Part shown: piece by piece, positions 12,671-23,500 of the stretch
Numbering within the stretch: the stretch's first letter is position 1
How the letters are laid out: every line of letters starts with the position of its first letter
Assembly (NCBI GenBank): GCA_013239625.1
Contig: MU056000.1
Coordinates: forward strand, 682,001 to 746,000
Source of the DNA: Lama guanicoe
Lineage: Eukaryota
Length of the DNA: 64,000 bases
Direction of reading: 5' to 3'
Notes under the pieces: generated by a model
Told to the model about the DNA's origin: nothing
The model's database searches: none
The model's input: the letters and a program-made list of their open reading frames with translations, nothing else
Made by a program: the position numbers and the translations under genes

Positions 12671-13673
12671 CTCGGGGCTCAGGGGGAAACCTGCCCCTTG
12701 CCTCTGATAAACTCCTTCTGGGGACCCTGGCCACCACCTAGTCCCTGATCTCAATCACCTCCTTGCAGCCAGCGCACACATCTCTGACCACATCTCTCCT
12801 CGACCTGGGGCCCACCTGTTCTCCCCGAGGTCTTCCACCCAGCCCCACCTTTCAAAGCATGACCCTTAACCTTGAGCAGAGTGCCATGTTCCCAGCCCTT
12901 CCTGCTGCCCCTTCTGCCCCACCCAATGCAGGGAGGACCTCAGGTGTATCCCTTGGAGAACTCACCCTCAGGGACCCAAGGAGCTCCCCTCTGCAGAGCC
13001 CCCATTTCTGTGACACCACGTTCCCAAGTCTAACATGCACCTCCCTGGGCACGATGCTTGAGCTCAGCTAAGTGGACATGACAGCACAGGACAGAAGGAA
13101 TCCCACAGTGGCCAGGATGCAGGAATAGGAGAGGCAGGGTCACTTCACCCTTCAGGAGCCTGGATGGCAGAGGGGGCAGACAGGGGGACACATACAGACT
13201 GACTGCCTGAGCTCGTCCCCCTCCCTGGGTCCAAAACACGGGGACAGGTCAGGAGACTGCAGCATCGGGGAAGGGACAGGGCTGGACTTGGACCCGTGTC
13301 CATGGCCCTCACTGCTGACTCCACAGAACCCTCTGGAAAGATGAGAATCACGTGGTCCACCATGAAGATCATGGCCAGAGAAATGCACTCAGGAGGAATC
13401 CTACTGTCCCGGACCAGAGAACTGCCCTGTCCACTCTTGAGCGTCCAAGCAGCTTGGCCAGCACCAGCTGCAAGACGGTGGGTGCCTGGCTGGGGCCTCC
13501 CCACCCTCTGCCCAGCTGCACCTGCCCCATGGGAGTACCTCCCTCCCTCACATCCCACCCCAGGAAATCCCCTCCGACCTTGTCCAGGCCAGTGGCCCAC
13601 GCGCACCACCCACACACACCAACAAAGGCGCACTTTTCTATAATTACAGAACACGGTACTTATTGGCACACAA

Positions 13674-13679
13674 TTTAAT
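13674..13679 (-). terminator. Probable TERT polyadenylation signal (ATTAAA variant)
   Basis: ATTAAA on the minus strand about 720 nt past the stop, in an AT-rich patch. A U-rich stretch lies upstream and a GU-rich stretch (tttgttggtgtgtgtggg) downstream. Confidence 0.55.
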
Positions 13680-14396
13680 ACAAAGACTAAGAGAAAAATT
13701 TAAACCTACACAAACAACAGAGGTTCACTATCTTCCTCATGGGGGTGAGGCGTGGGGGCTAGGAGGCGGGGCGGAGCACCACCAGGGGGACCTGGGGCCC
13801 GTGCTGAGCGAGGACCAGCGTGGAAGTCAGAAAGAGGGGGTGGCAGCCGGGCGAGGCCAGAGGCCAGGGCAAGGCCGGGTGGAGACAGGCCTCAGACAGC
13901 TGACTGGGCCCGCTTGCTTCTGGGGAAAGTTCAGTGGGGCGTGAACTTTGGATGTAGCTGGTGGGGGCGGGGACGGGGGGCAGGTGCTGCTCCTAGGGCA
14001 GGAGGACGGCTCAAGCCGGGGCGCCACACGGGTCGGCGGGAGCCCACGCCCACCACCGAGCCCCTGCAGGCCTCCCCGTGCCCTCGGGGACACATGTGCC
14101 ATCACTCCAGACCAGGAGAAGTGAGTGACAGGTGTCCCCAACACTCCCTGTCCAGATGCCAATGCCCCAGCCAGGCTCTCCCGCTTGCCTCCTCCCGGAG
14201 GTCAGCAGGTGAAGGGTGGGCCCCAGTCGCTGGGGGTCACGGTGGGCAGGCCCTGCTTCCCTGAGGACCTGGGGGCCAAACCTCCCCCAGGGTCTCCAGG
14301 GAGACCCCTACCTCGCAGTGCAGCTGGCCCCCTCCAGGATGTGGAATCGGGTGGGAACGGGGCTCTGGGGCTTCGGGCTGCAAGGAGGGCTGACCG

Positions 14397-14500
14397 TCAG
14401 TCCAAGATGGTCTTAAAGTCTGCGGTCAGGGCAGGGTCGACGGCTGCTTCCAGGGCGGCCAGTGTGGCCCTCGGGAGCCGCCGGCACAGCTGTGCGCTGG
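14397..14500 (-). CDS. TERT: TERT exon 16 coding part (104 nt)
   Basis: ttgcag|..[33 protein letters not shown]; TGA at 14399..14397. Confidence 0.94.
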
Positions 14501-17500
14501 CTGCAAGGAGGTGACTGAGATCAGGCCTCCTCCCAGAAGCAGCCAGAGGACACCGGGGCTGGGGCCGGGGGCACTCTGGGGCTGGGCAGGTGCCTGTGTC
14601 AGGCTGAGCCCCTACTGTGTGCAGGCGGACTTGGGGTGGTGGGAGCCTCAGCTAGGGGCAAGATGGGGGGCAGCCAGGCAGAGGCCCAAGGAGACACACA
14701 GGTGGCGGGGCTGGAGGAGCACTGAGGGGAGATGAGGTCCCCAGGGTGGGGGGCTGGCCTCAGAGGTGGGGAGTGGGAGGTGCTGTGACCTGGGCAGACG
14801 TGCCAGGTCCTTGGATGAGGGAGGGGCCCACAACCCTATGGGCACTTGCTCCTCTGACACAGAGGAGCCCAGCGGTCCAGTGACGCGTGCGCACGGGAGG
14901 AGTAGGTCCTGTACCCCACTCCGCCCACGCTCACCTGCCCGGAGCGGCCCTAGCAGGCAGCTGTAGGTGATGTGGTGACCAGCCAGCTTGAGCCGGAAGG
15001 CATGCAGGCAGAGCCACTGTGCAGCTTCCAAAGGAAACGGGCCTGAGGCGCCCTGGGCCCCCAGTGATGTCCCTGAGGGGACATGTGGAGAGGCTGAGAC
15101 CCTGCCCAGCCCCCCACCCCAGCGCTCCTCCCAGGGGAGACCAAGGGGTCCCTCCAGGCTTGGCACAGAAGTGGGGACATGGGGTGGGGGGCAAACAGGA
15201 GACTTCACTTCCAGGGCCACCCCTACGCGGGCACCGGGGGATTCTGATGACTGAAATGTTCCAGTCACCTGCTCCAAAGAAACTTCACAAAGAGAAGTAA
15301 CAAAAGCGAAGTCTGCTAAACCAGGACCTCGGACACACATTCGGCCCAAATCTCACAGGGACCAGAAATGCCCGTGGGAAGGGCTCTGACGGGAGCTCTG
15401 GGGCGGGCGGAGGGGGACAGGATGCCAAGCAGGCTGCATCCCAAGCAGAGACGGCTGTGTGGCTGGCAGGGGCGTCCCTCACTGAGCTCCTCCCCGAGGT
15501 GGGCAGCGGTGGCCCAGGGGCAGCTGGCGGCACCGGGCCTCCTCCCGACCACAGGCCTGGATGTGCGAGCACCCCGAGCGCCGGGGGAGCAGGCCCTGCC
15601 CGGAGCAGGCCCTGCCCAGAGCAGGCAGAGCGAGCCAGGGAAGCAGGAAGGACCACCAGGAGGTTCCCAGTGTCCCGCTCCCTCCAGTCACGCAGTGGAG
15701 GGCAGGAGAGCTGAGGGCAGCACGTGAGGGGGGCTGCTGTGGCCGCGGGGCACATAGCAGGCAGCGGGGTGTGTGGGGAGCACCCTCCCTTCACAGCGCC
15801 CTGGCGACCCGCAGACCCACCTTCCCTGCCCTGTTCACTGGCGCACCTGCGTTCCTGGCTTTCAGGAGGGAGTAGGCGCGGGATGCAGTGTCGGAGACGA
15901 CCCGGAGGAAGAACGCGGGATTCCGCCTAACCGGCTGATTAAAGGGCAGCTGCAGCACGCACGCGTGGAACCTAGGAGACGGCGCTGCGTCAGGGAGTGT
16001 CCGGTCGGAACGCGCTCACGTGCGGGTGCCATGTGCACCTGGGCTCGTGCGTGCCTGTCAGGCGTTTGTCTACGTGCGGCACGTGCACATAGGAGCATGT
16101 GTGTGTGCACGTGTCTGCAGGTACCCACGTGACCATGTGACAACCCTCTCGGGGGCCTGTGCCCTGTCTCACCCCCGGGGTCCTCTCTGCCATAAGGTGC
16201 AGGTGTGGACCTGGCCGTCCGATCTCACAAGAGCTCACCAGAACCCTGCGGAGTGGGGAGGCACCGTCCCCACCTACGCGAGAGGGGAGCCTGTTCTGGA
16301 AACTCGCGAACATCGTGCGCTGGGGCCGGGGCCAGGCCACACTGCTGTCCTGGGAGGGGCTCTGCAGGCGGAGGACCCTCTCTGGGGGAGGGGTGGTGCT
16401 CCGTGTGGAGTGGGGAGGCCTCCACCAGCAGGGATTTCCATTTCCCCCGAGAGGAGCTGAGTTTGGTGGGTTCCAGTCTGCTGAGTGCCACGTGACCCCC
16501 ACGACCTCGCCTGCCCAGCCCCGGTGGGTGTGACCTGCACGGTCCAGCTTTACACTCCCCACCCTGCCTTGGAGGCGCGGGGCTCCTGGGTCTGCCTGTG
16601 TGCGTACCACCCGCGTGTGGAAGCAGATGACATCCTTGATGCAGCGGGTAGGGTGCTGTGGCTTTGCACGGCCACCGTCCCGGGTGCACATCACCACCCG
16701 GACAGAGGTGCACAGGGCCACCTGAGGGTGGCCTCCCCTGAGCTCAGGTGTCTACAGTGTTCCCTGGAGAGCAGGGGTCTGGGGCCAGCTCCCCACAGAG
16801 CACAGGGTCCAAGGCAGGGACACAGAGTGAGACCGCGGGGATCCTGGAGCAGGGTCCCCACCCTTGCTCTTCTCACGCCCCCAGAGGTGTGCGGGTGCGT
16901 GGGGGTCACTGTGACCCGCCCCCCACAGCTGGCACGGCAGGGGCGTGAGCACCTGTCCCGAGGGTGCAGAGGCAGCTGGCACAAGAGCACAGGGGCGCCT
17001 TGGGAGGTGCAGGAGGCTGGCCAGGGCGTTGAGGGGCACCAAAGGGGCACACACGGCCTTGTCACCAAAACAGAGCCCAGGCCTCTGAGTTAGAAGCGGT
17101 CTTCCTGGCGGGACTTTTCAGCAGGAACTTCCCCCCGAGCCCATCCAGACCCTGCAACAAGCTCGGTTCACAACGACCGCACGGCCCTGGATAACCGTCC
17201 CTCGCGGGCTCTCAGTGGTCGCCCGGCTCCCCATTAGCCGGGAGACGGCTCTCCCCTCGCTCACTGTGATGGGGCTGTGGGAAGTCAGCTGCCTCCCTGA
17301 GCTGCCCAGGCAGGGCTCCCCCGGAAACCACCGAGAGTGAGGCCGCGGGCAAGAGGACCGGTCAGTGAAGGACAGCGTCCGCCTTCCCAAGGTGGACATG
17401 TGGGAACACAAGCCCCAATGGCCCATGATCACCAGCCCATCCCCTACTTCCCGGCCGGGGGCTGCAGAGCCCCCAGGGGCAGGGAGCGTCCCGGAAGCAC

Positions 17501-20500
17501 GGCTGGGCTGGCCTGGAGCCACTCTTGAGGGTCTGGGGCCACGGCCCTCTGCTCTCCGGACCCACCCCTGCTCCGTGGCTGCCTTCCTCCAACTCTGCAG
17601 CCCCTCCCCTGCCCCCTCACCACAGGGGAGCCAGCACATGGGGACACGGGACACCCTGGCCACGCTGGCCTCCACCGCTGCCTGGTGCCGGGAGCAGCAC
17701 CTCTCGAGCGGACGGGGACGCGGGCGGACAGGCGGTACCTGCTGCTCAGGTGGGCGCTGCGTCCGTCCTCACAGACCCAGAGAGCGCCCTCGCCCCGCCA
17801 GGGACCCACCTGTATGCCTGCAGCAGGAATATCTTGTAAACGTTTGTGAAAACTGTCTGGAGACTGTTCACCTGGAGTCACGAGGAAAGAGAAACGCTGG
17901 CAATACCCCTGGGACTTGACTTTCTACCTTTTGTTTTATTTCCCCTCACCGGCCATGGGGTCAGGACTCTGTGGGGCCGCCAGCAGGATGATGGGCGGGA
18001 AGGACAAGGAGGCGCGAGCCCAGCCCGGCCGGGCCATGACCTCGGCCCGCACCCTGCGAGGAGCCAGGGCACGGGGGCGCGGGGGCACGGCAGCCACTCA
18101 GCAGGTGAGGGCAGGGGCCTCCACACACGCACACACTCACGCACACGCACACCCAGATCTAAGAAGCACAGGGGCCCCCGGGGGCCTGATGCCAGAGCCC
18201 TCACTCTGAAGCCCCGGCCGCCGCCCGCAGCCCACGCACCTGCAGGTCCAGAAAGAGGCCGTGGCACTTCAGCCGCAAGACCGCGAAGAGTTTGCGGCGC
18301 ATGTTCCTTCCAGCCTTGAAGCCCTGGTTGAAGGTGAGACTCGCTCTGATCGAGGTCCGGGCGTAACTGAGGGACAGGGCGGGGTCCCGTGTGACACACA
18401 CGTCCCCCTCACGCTGCCAGACACGCATGCCCCGCCTTGTCATGTGCGGCTCTGACCCACCCCAGCGCCTGGCCTGTACTCGTGTGGAGCTGGGCCCAGA
18501 CCGGCCCCACCTGCTGCCCCCCGGCCCCGGCCTGCACGGGTGTCCGCAGACGCTGGCTCACGGCGCGGCGCGGCCTCGGCCTGGCCTCCTGGACACACGT
18601 CCTTCCAGGCCTTGTTTGTATCACTGGCTCCAAACCTCAGGTCATTTTGCATGTTCTTTCCCGAGGGACAGACACAGAGGCCCCATATGGCCTGTGCACT
18701 TTTCACTCCAGAGCACTGGTCACTCAGGCCCACAGAGGGCCCAGCACCTCCCCGGAGTCACCTGTGTGGGCGGGCAGCTCTGGGGAAATGGGGGGTTGGC
18801 AGCCCCCAGCCAGGTCTGTGGCTTCTCCCAGGAGAAGGTCGCCCCCAACACCCCTGAAGCAGGACCAAGCAACCGGCGCAGTCACATGATGGGCCCGAAG
18901 TGTCAAGGGAAGGGGCCTCATCAGCCCCGCTGTGCCCGTGGGGTCCTGCGCCTCCCACCCCCGAGTGTGATGTCACGTGACGCGGCCCACACCCCAGGAC
19001 GGGCCCTCTCGCCCCAGCTTCCACACACTCTCACTTGACGTACACTTCCCATTCCCTTAATCGCACTTTGAAAACAATTTTAACGGCAGATCGAGGTTTC
19101 CCCTCGGTGACACGGCACCCACTGAGCCTTTACCAAGGCCATTTCATCTGCCCCCCAAGCACTTAAAGACGATCAAATAAAACCTCGGGTGACGTCTCTC
19201 GTTTCCATTCTGGGAAAGATTTCCAGAAATGGAATTATTGGGAACTGTGTGAACATCTTAGCCGCACCCCCTGAATTCACGTGTTGAAGCCCTGACCACC
19301 AGGGCCGTTTGGGAACAAGTCCTTGAAGGCAGTGAGGAAGGTGAACTAAGACCAGGAAGGCGGGCCCTAACCCAGCGGGGCGGGGGCTGAAGAAGAGAAC
19401 GACGCTGCCTGGACACAGGGACGACCATGCGAGGCCTCGGCGGGGGAGACGGGCCTGCAGCACCTGGACCTCAGCTTCCAGCTCTGGACCGAGGGGTCAG
19501 GCCCGTCCGCAGTACTTTGATGGTAGCCTGAGCGGCAGAGGCTGGCACCCACGGCACCGCACACGGAGAAGGCCCCACACGCTGCAGCCCTGTGCCCCGA
19601 CAGACCCAAGGCGACCGCAAACCCAACGTCCAGGGAGACCAAGATGGGCGCTGACGCTCGTGCCTGGCCCTAAAGAGACCTGTGTCTGGCAGGTCCCGAA
19701 ATCTCCGGTCGGATCTGCACGCGTCCCTGCAGAACACGCCAGGGTCCCGGATTCTGCTGCACGGTTGTTCTTTTACCAAAAACGGCCCAGAAAACTGTGC
19801 CCCCCGTGAGCACGTCCCCCCACCCCCCGGATGGGGAGACGGCTCTCTGACCTCTGACCTCTCCAGGTGGCAGCACCTTCACTCAGGAGAGGGCAGCCTG
19901 AGCGAGCTGCTGGCCGACTCTCACCTGGAGTAGTCACAGCGCACCTCCAGGGTCTGGGTGTCCAGCAGCAAGCCGCACCAGGGGAACAGGCAGTGTGCCG
20001 GCAGCTGGAGGGGGGCCTGGCCGCCCAGGGCGCCGTCTTCCACGGGGAAGTTCACCACCGTCTTGCGCAGGTTCGCCAGGCAGCCGTACTCGGGCACGCC
20101 TCTGACCAGGGTGCTGAAGTGGAGGGGCCGGTCAGCCACTGGGCAGAGAGGGCCACCCGGGCGGGTCTGGGAAGCACTGGTCAAAGCCACTTAAGACCCC
20201 GAGAGGCAGCGGGGGGCCGAGGACTGGGACCGGGCAGGCCCCTAGGAAGGCCGGACACAGCCCTGCTCTGGCCTCAGGCTTCTAGGTGACCAGTGCTAAT
20301 AAACAGAGACCAGGCTGGCTGGGCTGGGGAAGGGCAGAGGCAGCGGCGGCGGTGGGGAAGCCGGGCGCGTGGGTGCTGGCCGACAGGCTTCCCCAAAGGC
20401 AGGCCAGTGACCAGAGGCAGGGACACTGTGAGGGCTCAGCTTTGCAAATTTCTTCTTCCTTGGAAACCACACGCTGGAACAAGCCCCCAGATTCCTGGGG

Positions 20501-23500
20501 CTGCCCTGAGGGGGACAGGGCTCTAGGGCCACAGCCCAAAGGCAAGGGCCCTGGGGGCCAAGTTGACTTGGGCACCGACCCCTAGGCGACCCCCAGAACT
20601 TGCAACATCATCCCCGGGCAAGTCTGGAGTCTCCCTCCCCTCACAGCACCCTCTTCTGCAGGGAAGGCCGCCGGGCCTCTCCTCCGCGCCCCACGCTGTG
20701 CAGGGCTCAGCCTCCAGGAGGAGCTGCTGCTGCTCCGGCCTCCGCCAGGGTGCCGCATGCGCGGAGGCCCCATGGGCTCAGTCCCACTCTCGGTGGTACC
20801 TGCGTCCCGGTGGCCACGTCCGCGTTCTCAGAGCAGCGGGACTGCGCCACGCGACACTCGCCAGAGACACTGGGATGCACAGGGTTCCGCAGGGTGGGAC
20901 GGGAATTGCTTGCTGTGCATGCGTTACGTCCGCAGAAGTGCCCGCGGAGACACACACACGTGCAGGCCCTTACCTGAGAAAGGCTTTCGCACGTGCCAGG
21001 TGCGGTGTGACCAGCAGGAAGTCGTCCACCAAGCGCAGGAGGACCCTGGACAAGGAAAGAAAATGGAGAGCGCTGCCTTTTACACCCCGAGCACAACGTC
21101 CTCCTGCGGCGCTGAAGGTCGAAAACATAACATCTGAGTTGCCGTGGGCATGAATAAAGCGATCTTCTCCCAAGGATCTGAGCAAGAGACTTACATGTTG
21201 GTGGGATTTGGCATCAGCCGGGGAAGGAGGCCTGTAGTCGGGCCAGGAGGGCACAGTCCTGGTGCCGGCTGGATGCCTGTGGAATTGCCCCTGGGCCCCG
21301 GCCACACCGCGAGCCATGTGCCATCCCACGCTCTGCTAATGCCTCCCGGGTGACGTTGCAGGGGGAAAGGGTGTGGCCCTGTCTCCACCCAGGACGAGAA
21401 ATGCAAACAGGCCAAAGCAAAGCGATGCCCACAGAGGACAGAGGGGTCCTACCCATCCTGCTGCACTCCGGGGAAGACCTTGTCCTCCATGTCTCCGTAG
21501 CACAGGCTGCAGAGGAGGGTGGACAGCACGGAGCCCTGGGGGACCCCCTGACACTGGACGTAGGACCTGGGGGGCAGGATGTGGTTAGAAGGGAGGCCAG
21601 CCACGGCAATACACGTGCACACACACATACGCCACATCCACCTTGGGGGACGGGGCTCAAGGCGTGTCATGCTCCCCACGAAGCCCTGCCACACGCCTGG
21701 TCACATGTGAACAACTTCATCCACACACGTCACAGCAGGTGGGGCCCTGAGGGCATCTGGGGTCTCAGGCATGGCCTTTCTTGGGGAGAGTCACCTCCCA
21801 GCTGGTGCCATCTATATGCATGTGCAGGTACATTCCTTTGGTCGAACCTTGCCCTGCTGTGCGCTTGGCATGCGTGCCTCCCCCAGGATGTTGGCAAGGG
21901 TTTACACTGCAGTGTAACCACCTCTGGGTGAGCGTCATAATGACGCAGAAGGTCTTCTAACCAGAAGGTTTCCCAACCTCAGCACACGGTTAACAAGCCC
22001 CAAGAAGGCTCCACGGTCCAGGCTGACCTCCAACAGCAGCGGCCGTGAGCCTGGAGCCCCAGGACCACCGCCCTCCACAAAAGCACATGGGGGTCTCACA
22101 CAGCGCCTGCCCAGGCAGGTCTGGCCTCACACACACTTAAACAACTGTCTGCCAGGAGCCTCACTCCGCCACGTGGGCCGAGCGGCCGCAGAACCTGTGC
22201 GGCCTGTGAAGTCGGGGAGGCGGAGGATGGTGCCCACCTGCCCCCAATCCTCATGACGTGGTTGTGCACCAGGCGCAGGAAGGACTCAAAGAGGCTGCAG
22301 CCGGTCTCATTCAGACAGTAGCTCTGGAATAGACGGGAGCGTGGCCCATGGGCGGTGAGGATGCCCCCTGGACGCCACTCTGGGCTGGTCAAGCAGCATA
22401 TGGTGGGGCCCCGGGACCCGAAGGAAAGACGTCTGGGGTCTTAGAGCCTCACTTGGTGGCAGGGTCACCCTGAAACCATTCTGCATGAAGCAGGGATCCT
22501 CCCGGGCCGACACCTGGCGGACCCGCCGGGGACACTCTGCTCACAGGGGAGAAAGCGTGGGCCCCCATGGGCAGTTGAAGGAGGGTCTACGGGGAAAACC
22601 TGACTTGTCCTAAAGGAAGGGGTTCCTCTTCTCTTGGCCTCAAGGTCAAATCAGAGAGAGAAGATATGCAGTGAATCAGGAAGGGCCGCGGGTAGCCGCA
22701 GAGGGCTCGGTGAGGCGGCAGAAACGTGGCCAAAGGTGGAAGCAGTCTCTGCCGGCCAGGGAGGGCGTCCACAGCTCCCTCGTCCCTGGCCCAGGGGTGA
22801 GCCGGGTGCCCACGCTGACCTGCTCGATGACCACGGCGTCCCTCAGCGAGCTGGTGGCCTGCAGATGCTCCACAAACTGTCTCATGTACGGCTGGAGGTC
22901 CGCGAGGGTGGACACCTGCTGGTGAGGACGGTGTGAGGTGGGGGGACACCTCCCGGAGCCCTGATGTCACAGGGACTCCCAGGATGGGGACAGAGCCCAG
23001 GAGGTCCTGACGTGCAGCTTCTGCGGTCAGCTCCTCTCCCCACCCACCACAGCCGCTATGACCGCTGATGACACACAGAGCAAGGCTGCTTGGGGGGCTG
23101 GAAAGGCAGGACGCGGGCAGACTGGGGTCCCAGTCCTTGTGGGGCACCCCACCTGCGCCCCCACTTCTCCCTGAGGTCTGTACCCATGGTGGCAGGTGGA
23201 GTTCGAGCACAAAGTGGGAGCTACGAGGTTGAAGACGTCAGGGTTCAGGGCCACTGCGCAGCTCGGACTGAGGCGCAGCCCTGGGAGGCGGGGCTGCAGG
23301 GAAACCCGACTTCCTGAGCGCCTCTGCAAAAGCAAGGCAGACTCACAGGAGCAGCAAACGCTCTTAGGTCACTGGGGCGAAGGGGTGGGAAGGGATAAAT
23401 GTGGACGTTCGAGATTTGCAAATTTTAACTGCTACAGATAAAAACAGACAGAAAACAAATTTCTCCTGTACAGCACAGGGAACTACATTCAGTATCTTGT

